DNA of 40,920 nucleotides from a virus. Its lineage: Duplodnaviria > Caudoviricetes. Below the pieces are notes generated by a model. That model was not told the origin of the DNA. It saw only the letters and a list, made by a program, of their open reading frames with translations, and made no database searches. The stretch's first letter is position 1, and each line of letters opens with the position of its first letter. The stretch covers positions 1 to 40,920 of IMG/VR virus record IMGVR_UViG_3300027798_000093. The stretch is one strand, 5' to 3'. The translations under genes and the position numbers were made by a program. Below, one piece after another: positions 33,408 through 40,920 of this stretch.

Positions 33408-36400
33408 TTAGTTGCCTAGGGCTTTGATCTCACCAGTGTTCTTCAAGCGTAATGGAATGTAAATAAATTCCACTGACTTAACTGGTTCAATCGCTACGTC
33501 TAGATATAGTTCATTACGATCAATACGTGCAGGTGTATTGTTTGATGTATCGCAAACTACGATATAGTCATACAATGCACGTTGTCCTACTAGTTCTAAT
33601 AGTAGACTTTCTGCCGCACCTTTGAGTTCATCGCGGGTGATTTTGTCGTTTGGTTCAAATACGTATGGTTTAGATAATTGTGCAAACTGTCTACGTAAGT
33701 AAACTACTAAACGTGCTACGTTGATACGATCTAATGCGCTGGCACCTTTAGCACGAGTATATTGACCGTAGTTAACAAGACCTGTACCTGTGATGAATGT
33801 GATTGGATTAACTTTAACTGCCGCTAATGTATCACGCTGTCCGGTATTCAATGCTACTGACTGGAATTCGCCTGTTAATGCATTAACATATCCCACAGCA
33901 CTTGCGTTACTAACACCACCTCGGCGGGTGCCAGCTGGTGCAAACCATGGATAAGAAACATTATCGCTTAATGCAAAAGTGCGTAGCATCATGTGGCTTG
34001 GCGGAACAACAATATTGTTACCTAAATTATCACTTGAGAAGCCCCATGGATAAAATACACCTAAGTATTCATCGCTAGTAACTAAACCGTTATCGCCATC
34101 TTCTAATGCACCAGCTAGGTTATTACCCCAGTTAGTTAGTGTAGTAGAATCACTTGCTAAACGTGCTGGTGCATCGCCTAGTACAAATCCTGTCAATCCG
34201 CGATCGATATTTAAATTAACAAGTTCGTTAATTAGTTCAGGATAACCTGGGCAAGCTAACAAGTTAAACACACGACTTTCTTCGTCACGTATTACTTGAT
34301 TGCTGTTAACAAGGGCTTGCAGAGCTTGTACAACAACTTTACGCTGTGCTTTACGACCAAATGTACCAGCGCCGTTTTCTTGATTAGCGGCTTCACTAAC
34401 CCAACGATGTGGATAATAGCCCGCCATGTCTTCGCCTTCGCCAGCGCCAAAGCGTGGGTTTTTAGCATTGAGATCGATAGCATCTAATACAAAACGTTTA
34501 ACGTTAAAACCACTTCTACGCAAGTTCCATAGCAACATGCCTTTTGGATATAGTGCAGGATCCGGAGCATCTGGATCTAAGAAATCTTCTACTAACAACT
34601 CATCAATAGCTGATGGTAATGCAGATGATCCGTCAATGTTCCAACGTGCGTCTGCAAACAAAATACCATTTTCAGTTGTTTGATCAGCGGCATCAACTAG
34701 AATCCACTTACCACCGATACCGGTACCTGTTCTCTTGTATAACCTTGGATAGTTTTCCAAATCACTTGTATCAACCCACAAATCACCAGGAAGTAATGAG
34801 CCACCATCTGGATTCTTAGTTGGTTTAGATGCACTTACGATTGGACCGCCGATCCATGGTGATCCTGCGGTATGTGTATAATTTTGATAGCCAACCCATG
34901 TTGTGCCATCGTGTATCATAATATCAACTTCATCAACTAATGAATTGTACCATAAACGGCTATCAGCTGGAATGCTAGAGGGTGCATTATCGCTTGATAC
35001 CGCGCCAAGGTCTGTTCCGTTTAAATCACCTGACCATAAAGAAGCAATTAGTTTAGCTGGACCGCTAGCGTATTCTGGATCAAAGAATAAGTTAGCTGTG
35101 GTAATTACTGGAAATAAATCTTCAAGTAATCCGTCTGTATCGGTAAATTTAATATCACCAGCTTCTTTGTGTATAATATTAAGTCTGTTTAATGTGTCTA
35201 ATTCAACTGTTACATTGTCAAACCCTGCTTGTGCAAATGCTGTTACAAATCTCTGTGCATTTGCAATATCACCAGTGGCGCTTGCAGTTAAAGTACAACC
35301 TACATTAGGGCTAAAAGAGCTAAGGCCTTTATTTGTTCTAGCAACACCAAATTCAAAGACGCTACTGCCCGTTCCAAATACTGAAGTACCAGTGGTTAAT
35401 GCGATTGATGTAATTTTTGTTGTTGCGCCGGCAATACGTTTGTAAATTTTAAATGTTGCATATGGGGCATTATTAACAGCACCGTATTCACCTTCATCAT
35501 TTGCTTTGACATACAATGCGCCTGCTGATAAATTAACGCCGCCGCCTGTTGTATCTAGTGCGGCAAGTGCGGCTGCTGAGTTTATATACATAGGAGCTTT
35601 AATTAACTGCCATGCTTGGGCGGCTGCACTGTATTTCTTAACAATCCAATCAGCACCTACGTTAGGTGTTGTTGTTTTAATCCAGATACTGCCTGTAGGA
35701 TAACCGTTAGCAACCACCGATTGATCGAAGTCTACTTTCTTAAACAACGGTACTTGGAAGTGTGGTTTGATATTAACTGTCGGAGCATAATATGTCTTTG
35801 ACTGTAGACCAAGATTTGCAACGTTGTCGCCGGATAGTGTAATAGCCACTCCAGTTGAGTAAATTTCTAAAGCGCCAGTAACAAGATTTTTACTAGCCTT
35901 AACTCCGGCAGTATTCAAAGTTGAGTTGGCATTTATTGCCGTGGCTAATTCGTCAATCGTGTCAATATTGTTGCCTGTGAACGTTTGATTGTTTACCACA
36001 AACTCTTCAAGTAGTGCAACTGTACCAGTTCCAACTACTGTTGGCCAGCTTGCAGTCCATTCTGGACTACCAACTTGCACCCATGTACCCGCGGCTGTGT
36101 TGGTTGCTGGTTTTTTGTAATATACTCTGGCTACTGACTCTGTTGCAACAACAGCATAGTCACCAATTGATCCAACTGCGCTGAAAGGTGCACCGCTTGA
36201 TACACCGCCTGCTAATTTGCTAACATCGGTGATAACTGTTGGAGTTTTAACGCCAAAACTTTGTCCGCCGGGTGTAGTCGAAGCCGCGCTATTCCATTGG
36301 AAAATGCCAAATAGTGTGTTGGCAGTATCGAACCAAATAGTACCGTCAGCTGGTGCGCCAGTTGGTGCTGTTGGAGTTGCTGTTAACTGATCTAAGTCCA

Positions 36401-36743
36401 TATCAGCACGTACAACATAAGCACGATTACTTACGCCTAAATAACTGTATGCGGCTTGCAATCCATATTCATTCTGTTCTCCAGCATGAATTGGGTTGTT
36501 GTTAGCGTCAGTTTTAAATATTGGTGTACCAAAATTGTCTGCCAAGTCTTTCTGACTTGATAGTAAATATACCTGTCCAGCATTGGCTTTCAACGTGCCT
36601 GATGCTGTTCCTGTACTTGAACCGTTCTGTTTATTTTCAGCAGAAGCAATAACAATTAGTGGTGTTGTTCCCGGTGCAGCCGGTGTATAAAAACTTTCGT
36701 CTATTACCGTTACGCTTACGCCTGGTGAGTTTAATGTAGCCAT
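33408..36743 (-). CDS. gp18: tail sheath protein (gp18-like) with large insertion
   Basis: SPGVSVTVIDES, PWFAPAGTRRG, VNPI, RINVARL, FEPND, CDTSNNTP, EFIYI. Confidence 0.95.
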   Translation of the reverse strand: MATLNSPGVSVTVIDESFYTPAAPGTTPLIVIASAENKQNGSSTGTASGTLKANAGQVYLLSSQKDLADNFGTPIFKTDANNNPIHAGEQNEYGLQAAYSYLGVSNRAYVVRADMDLDQLTATPTAPTGAPADGTIWFDTANTLFGIFQWNSAASTTPGGQSFGVKTPTVITDVSKLAGGVSSGAPFSAVGSIGDYAVVATESVARVYYKKPATNTAAGTWVQVGSPEWTASWPTVVGTGTVALLEEFVVNNQTFTGNNIDTIDELATAINANSTLNTAGVKASKNLVTGALEIYSTGVAITLSGDNVANLGLQSKTYYAPTVNIKPHFQVPLFKKVDFDQSVVANGYPTGSIWIKTTTPNVGADWIVKKYSAAAQAWQLIKAPMYINSAAALAALDTTGGGVNLSAGALYVKANDEGEYGAVNNAPYATFKIYKRIAGATTKITSIALTTGTSVFGTGSSVFEFGVARTNKGLSSFSPNVGCTLTASATGDIANAQRFVTAFAQAGFDNVTVELDTLNRLNIIHKEAGDIKFTDTDGLLEDLFPVITTANLFFDPEYASGPAKLIASLWSGDLNGTDLGAVSSDNAPSSIPADSRLWYNSLVDEVDIMIHDGTTWVGYQNYTHTAGSPWIGGPIVSASKPTKNPDGGSLLPGDLWVDTSDLENYPRLYKRTGTGIGGKWILVDAADQTTENGILFADARWNIDGSSALPSAIDELLVEDFLDPDAPDPALYPKGMLLWNLRRSGFNVKRFVLDAIDLNAKNPRFGAGEGEDMAGYYPHRWVSEAANQENGAGTFGRKAQRKVVVQALQALVNSNQVIRDEESRVFNLLACPGYPELINELVNLNIDRGLTGFVLGDAPARLASDSTTLTNWGNNLAGALEDGDNGLVTSDEYLGVFYPWGFSSDNLGNNIVVPPSHMMLRTFALSDNVSYPWFAPAGTRRGGVSNASAVGYVNALTGEFQSVALNTGQRDTLAAVKVNPITFITGTGLVNYGQYTRAKGASALDRINVARLVVYLRRQFAQLSKPYVFEPNDKITRDELKGAAESLLLELVGQRALYDYIVVCDTSNNTPARIDRNELYLDVAIEPVKSVEFIYIPLRLKNTGEIKALGN

Positions 36744-36840
36744 TCTATGATCTCCATGAATACGAATTCTACATGTATTTAGTGGTTTTTAACTTTTTGG
36801 TACTCATATACGCCTAAAAAAGGGCAGTGAAAAGGGCGGT

Positions 36841-36848
36841 TATAAATA
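36841..36848 (+). promoter_or_regulatory. T4-type late promoter
   Basis: Exact TATAAATA, 5 nt before ATG 36854; the divergent TAAATA for the sheath is at 36781-36776. Confidence 0.7.
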
Positions 36849-36853
36849 TGTAT

Positions 36854-37189
36854 ATGCGATCTTTATGCAAAACCTGTGGCGAACGCCCGTGTGCTGTAAA
36901 CTATTACAAAGAAGGACGACCTTTTTATCGTTCTAAGTGTGATACCTGTAGTCGCGGTGGTACAGCCAAGAAGCCACGATGGAGTCAGCTAGGATACAAA
37001 AAGAAAGATGGTTGTGAAAAGTGCGGATACCGTAGCAAGCATCCTGAGCAGTTTAATGTGTTTCATGTGGACGGCAATCTTAACAACTGCCGTCCTGCAA
37101 ATCTTAAAACTATATGTGCTAATTGCCAGCGGCTACTGCATCAAGAAGGAGTTCGTTGGAAACAAGGTGATTTGATACCAGACCTTTGA
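36854..37189 (+). CDS. Zn-binding HNH-like protein
   Basis: CKTC, CDTC, CEKC, HVDGNLNN, NLKTICANC. Confidence 0.8.
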   Translation: MRSLCKTCGERPCAVNYYKEGRPFYRSKCDTCSRGGTAKKPRWSQLGYKKKDGCEKCGYRSKHPEQFNVFHVDGNLNNCRPANLKTICANCQRLLHQEGVRWKQGDLIPDL

Positions 37190-37802
37190 CCTGTGCAAAT
37201 AGATCGTCGATGCTAGTATTGTTGTCTAGCACAGCATCAAAGTCTGTGCCTACCCAAGCAGTTTCGCTAGCGTGTATACCAGCTTTTTCAAGTTTTGTTT
37301 TACTAGTAGCCCAAGTAAAATTACCACGATCGCCTGAATTTGCACTTACTGCCCAATCGTACCATTCGGGCTCTGGGCCACGAACCACACGTACTACAAT
37401 ACCACCAGCAGACTTGATTGATTTAATTTCGTTAGGAAAACGACAGTCTGATATGACTACATCGTCAGTACTATTACGTAGTTTGTTTTCTAATGACGCA
37501 ATCCAGATATCATCGTGAAATGCTTTTCTGCATACTTCTGTGCCCCAATACTGTAACACCCAACGTGGTGTTAAGTTGGGCATGTTCAAGCGTTCACTCC
37601 ACCATGGATCTACTTGTTCGCGCCATTCACGGGCTTGTTTAGTACGGCCTTCTAGCATTGTTCTGTCCCAACCAAAGACATAACTTACTGCATCTTTGAG
37701 GGTGTTGGCGAAGCTTTCTCGTCGGAAACCATGAAAGTTAGTTAGATAATCTGCAATGGTATCTTTACCAGAACCAATGAATCCGCATACACCAATAATC
37801 AT
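37119..37802 (-). CDS. gp1: deoxynucleoside monophosphate kinase (T4 gp1-like)
   Basis: GFIGSGKDT, SFANTLK, TPRWVLQYWGTE, SDCRFPNE, HASE. Confidence 0.92.
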   Translation of the reverse strand: MIIGVCGFIGSGKDTIADYLTNFHGFRRESFANTLKDAVSYVFGWDRTMLEGRTKQAREWREQVDPWWSERLNMPNLTPRWVLQYWGTEVCRKAFHDDIWIASLENKLRNSTDDVVISDCRFPNEIKSIKSAGGIVVRVVRGPEPEWYDWAVSANSGDRGNFTWATSKTKLEKAGIHASETAWVGTDFDAVLDNNTSIDDLFAQVKGLVSNHLVSNELLLDAVAAGN

Positions 37803-37824
37803 AGAAGTCTCCTAATGAACTACT

Positions 37825-37853
37825 AGTATATAACAGTTTTATTACAGAGTCAA
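37825..37853 (-). promoter_or_regulatory. sigma70-type promoter of dNMP kinase
   Basis: TTGACT(37853-37848)-N17-TATACT(37830-37825); AGGAGA RBS. Confidence 0.75.
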
Positions 37854-38050
37854 ATATTTTTCTGCCATTCTTCGTAAGCTCGCTGATCTGATTCTAGTTG
37901 TGCTAATACTTCAGACCACTCTGGTGGTTGGCTATTATTTGGACAGGCCCATTGGGTAAAACGTGTGCCTTCTAGTTGAAAGTTTGCGCCGGGGCGTAAT
38001 TTTTTAACAGCTACATCCACGCCAAACAGTAATTCATACGGTACTTGCAT
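37850..38050 (-). CDS. small tail-fibre-associated protein (XkdW-like)
   Basis: AVKKLRPGA..W..PPEWSEV; follows the fibre gene; AGGAGG RBS. Confidence 0.6.
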   Translation of the reverse strand: MQVPYELLFGVDVAVKKLRPGANFQLEGTRFTQWACPNNSQPPEWSEVLAQLESDQRAYEEWQKNI

Positions 38051-38077
38051 ACTGCCTCCTAAATAGATATTTAAGAA

Positions 38078-40918
38078 TTAACGTGCAGTACCGTTGACAT
38101 TTCCGAATGGGCTTCCGGCAAATGCCATGTAGATATATGTCGCCGCGCTTGTGTTATTATTTGAGCCAGCTGATCTAATTTTAATCCCGTTTGAAAGAAA
38201 ATCAACCCCAGTAGTAGAATCACCAAGATTTCCAACATTGTTTTCTTCATCTGCTACATTAGCACCTAACTTTTGACCGTTAAGGTTGTAGGTACTTCGT
38301 TTGTTATCATACATGATCCAAGCATTGGATGTTGCGGATGTACATTTAGCCATATAGAAAGCAGGTTTAAATCCGGTATATATAAAAGGACCATCAGTGG
38401 CAGATCCATTACCAGTATAAGTGCCAAATTTGCTAAATCCAGGAACTTCCGCCCAACAATAAGCTACATAAGTACCAGTATCAGTATTCATATCATTTGT
38501 ACCAATACCAAATACAGAAGTTGTTGGTGCAGAATTCCATACTGACGAATCTGCTGCCGCGCCGCCGGTATCAAAGTTAATATAAGTTGTATAGCTAAGG
38601 CTAGTATGATAAACACGCCAATTCCCTATAACATTTCTACGTTTACAGATATACATACTAGGAGCAACTCCTAATCCGTGTCCTACAGTAGCATTTACAC
38701 CTGTACCAGTATAAGTCACTACACTAAATCCACTTGCGGTATTAGCACTAACTTGGCTTGCTATTGTTCCAGCAGTATTTGAAACTGCGGCACCACCTGC
38801 CTTCCACTGCCAACCAACATAAGTGTAGGTGTTAGTTACAGTATTTGCGCTTGATGGTGTAAACCCGTTAGAGTTAAATGTTATCCAAGTAGACCCTGTT
38901 GATTCTACGCCAGTACCATTTGAACGTAATAAGCCAGTTGTTCCTCTTACGCTGTCCATTAGATAATGATTTTGTGAATTAGATCGTGATTTAATCCATA
39001 CTAAATCTGGTTGGAATCCGCCTGCGTTGGTTATAGCAACATCAGTTGCTCCTTGTGTCCAAGTTGACACATCAAAATACTGATTAGGATTAGCGGCAGG
39101 AGTACCTGCTGTTAAACGTGCAAAGTTCTTAGTTGTTAAGGCATTGAATCCCGCTGGAGGAGCGTATGCCCAAGGTCGTTGCCCGGCATTTAATGAAACT
39201 TGATCTCCACTGGCTCTTGTCCATACCGCAGGGAGTAACACTGTGCTCGAGGTAATTCCATAGGCCAATGCAACATTATAAACTTGTGATCCATTTTTAT
39301 AAAGAGTTAAGGTATTTCCTATCCTATCAATGGCAAAACCTAAAATATCACCTGTAGCAAATCCTGGACTATTATTAACATTATAAGATCCATCACCTAT
39401 GTACACCGATCCGTTTACTGTGACGCCAAAATATGCGCCGAGGGATGCAACGTCAGAAAATCCAATCCATCCATTACCGGTACTAGTATATGAGTTTATA
39501 GTATATTCGATATATGTTTTTGCATTAGCTGGAACTCCGATACTTCCGTACGCCCAACTAAATTGACTGCCAAAACTTGCTGTTAAATTTCCATTAGATA
39601 AAGTTGATTTATAGCTTACTCCGTCACCATAGTTCACAACTGGTAGTGGACTCCAAGTACAATAGTTACCCACAACTTCGCCACCATTACCGTAATCGTG
39701 TCCGTACTGTGTCGGACTGTCAACTAGGTGGTCTGTTGTGGAGTCACTGGTGTTGCCTACCGCTGTGGTTGTATAACGAATTAGAACAATACCTGAACCG
39801 CCAGCACCACCCGTGCCACCAGCACCGCCACCGCCACCACCAGTATTTGCACCACCAGCACCACCAGCACCACCAGTAACCCCAGTGGCTCCTGAATTTA
39901 ATGCAGATCCACCTCCAGCAGAGCTGGTTGATGTGTTGCTTGCGCCACCACCTCCACCGCCAATGCCACCCACGCCCGCAGTTACAAAATAACTGCCACC
40001 ACCGCCACCACCAGCAAAATAATATGGTGTTCCTAAAATACCAAAAGGCAATCCAGCACCACCTGCTCCTGGATTTGGGTTGGTTGCGTTTCCGCCTGCG
40101 GCGCCTGCTCCACCTCCACCTCCACCGATATGGCCGTTACCGCTTGCCACTGTAGAACTTCCACCATTAAATCCTTGTCCAGCTACACCAGCACCACCAG
40201 CACCAGTAGTTGTAGATAGCCAGTTGCTTGCACCGCCGCCTGATCCTCCAGGTCGGCCAGCACCATAACTATCTGAAGTAGGTGATGATACAATCATGCT
40301 TGCGCCACCACCACCGCCAGATGCAATTAAGTTTCCAAATTGACTATTGCCGCCTGTTGCTCCAAAAAAGTAACTGCTAGGGCTCGTTCCCCTAGTACCA
40401 TTGCCTGCGCCCCCAGCACCTACTACCACTGTATAGGTTTGTCCCGGAGTAACAGCATATTGATTATTGTAAATTACGCCACCGGCACCACCACCACCAC
40501 CGGCTTGATCACCACCTCCACCACCCCCGCCAGCCACTACAAGTACTTCAACACTTGTGACATCACTAGGTGCTGTCCATGCGGTTGTTCCTGTAGTGGT
40601 AAATCGCTGTACTACGCCAGCATTAACGTTGTTAGTAACAAATGATTTGCCACCCGTTTCTGGTAATGCTCTTGCGGGTGGGGTGAAGTCTGCTTGATAT
40701 CGTGCAACACCGTTAGTAACACGTAAATCATCAATTTGTCCATTCCACCGGCCTTGTGTAGTATTATATGCGCCAACCCATGGGCGTGGATTACCGCTGT
40801 TAGGAGCAATAGATGTATTATACGAACTAATTGCTTCTTGTCTTCCGTTTACGAACAATCTTAACGTAGTTCCAACCCTTGTTGCCGCTATATGAAACCA
40901 TGCTCCTGTACTGATGTT
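38078..40918 (-). CDS. tail fibre / adhesin, 5' partial (LamG-like, Gly-rich and SPRY-like domains)
   Basis: Frame is open to the window edge (WFHIAATRVGTTLRLFVNG..IDDLRV); VVAGGGGG..GGSGIVLIRY domain; GDILGFAID..YKNG; PDLVWIKSR and GFSVVTYTG modules. Confidence 0.85.
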   Translation of the reverse strand, partial: NISTGAWFHIAATRVGTTLRLFVNGRQEAISSYNTSIAPNSGNPRPWVGAYNTTQGRWNGQIDDLRVTNGVARYQADFTPPARALPETGGKSFVTNNVNAGVVQRFTTTGTTAWTAPSDVTSVEVLVVAGGGGGGGDQAGGGGGAGGVIYNNQYAVTPGQTYTVVVGAGGAGNGTRGTSPSSYFFGATGGNSQFGNLIASGGGGGASMIVSSPTSDSYGAGRPGGSGGGASNWLSTTTGAGGAGVAGQGFNGGSSTVASGNGHIGGGGGGAGAAGGNATNPNPGAGGAGLPFGILGTPYYFAGGGGGGSYFVTAGVGGIGGGGGGASNTSTSSAGGGSALNSGATGVTGGAGGAGGANTGGGGGGAGGTGGAGGSGIVLIRYTTTAVGNTSDSTTDHLVDSPTQYGHDYGNGGEVVGNYCTWSPLPVVNYGDGVSYKSTLSNGNLTASFGSQFSWAYGSIGVPANAKTYIEYTINSYTSTGNGWIGFSDVASLGAYFGVTVNGSVYIGDGSYNVNNSPGFATGDILGFAIDRIGNTLTLYKNGSQVYNVALAYGITSSTVLLPAVWTRASGDQVSLNAGQRPWAYAPPAGFNALTTKNFARLTAGTPAANPNQYFDVSTWTQGATDVAITNAGGFQPDLVWIKSRSNSQNHYLMDSVRGTTGLLRSNGTGVESTGSTWITFNSNGFTPSSANTVTNTYTYVGWQWKAGGAAVSNTAGTIASQVSANTASGFSVVTYTGTGVNATVGHGLGVAPSMYICKRRNVIGNWRVYHTSLSYTTYINFDTGGAAADSSVWNSAPTTSVFGIGTNDMNTDTGTYVAYCWAEVPGFSKFGTYTGNGSATDGPFIYTGFKPAFYMAKCTSATSNAWIMYDNKRSTYNLNGQKLGANVADEENNVGNLGDSTTGVDFLSNGIKIRSAGSNNNTSAATYIYMAFAGSPFGNVNGTAR

Positions 40919-40920
40919 AG

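Noticed and set aside
9208-40645. Numerous + strand ORFs opposite core genes (e.g. 18421-19035, 24957-25481, 34903-35445)
   Set aside because: Antisense shadows of well-supported genes, with no motifs or expression signals.
38078-40918. Diversity-generating retroelement target or mobile repeat in the tail fibre
   Set aside because: No reverse transcriptase or template/variable repeat pair is visible; the CCA/CCG runs simply encode Gly-rich sequence.
1-40920. Alternative genetic code (stop-codon reassignment)
   Set aside because: Core genes are full length under the standard code and end in TAA, TAG or TGA.

Overview
The window is part of a large T4-like (myovirus) phage genome, with no host genes, rRNA, CRISPR or integrase. 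Bases 1-5.6 kb (+ strand) are an early region of small ORFs, one tRNA(CAT) and an AAA+ ATPase, driven by eight near-consensus sigma70 promoters. Bases 5.6-8.4 kb are a mixed-orientation transition zone. Bases 8.4-40.9 kb (mostly - strand) hold replication/recombination genes (gp41 helicase, primase, a miniature DnaE-like protein, UvsW, UvsY, UvsX, gp32, dNMP kinase), a NodU/CmcH carbamoyltransferase, and packaging/structural genes (terminase subunits, gp4, tail tube, tail sheath, a tail fibre cut by the window edge). The main candidate novelty is a structured, terminator-ended non-coding element at about 5436-5604, just downstream of the early ATPase. It shows ATTCGCTCC twice in hairpin loops, which is complementary to the unusual GGAGCGA(A) ribosome-binding motif shared by five early genes. 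Replication and late genes mostly use other RBSs or appear leaderless. This suggests a phage sRNA that switches off early translation; the function is inference. All protein calls come from motif recognition by eye, not database searches.
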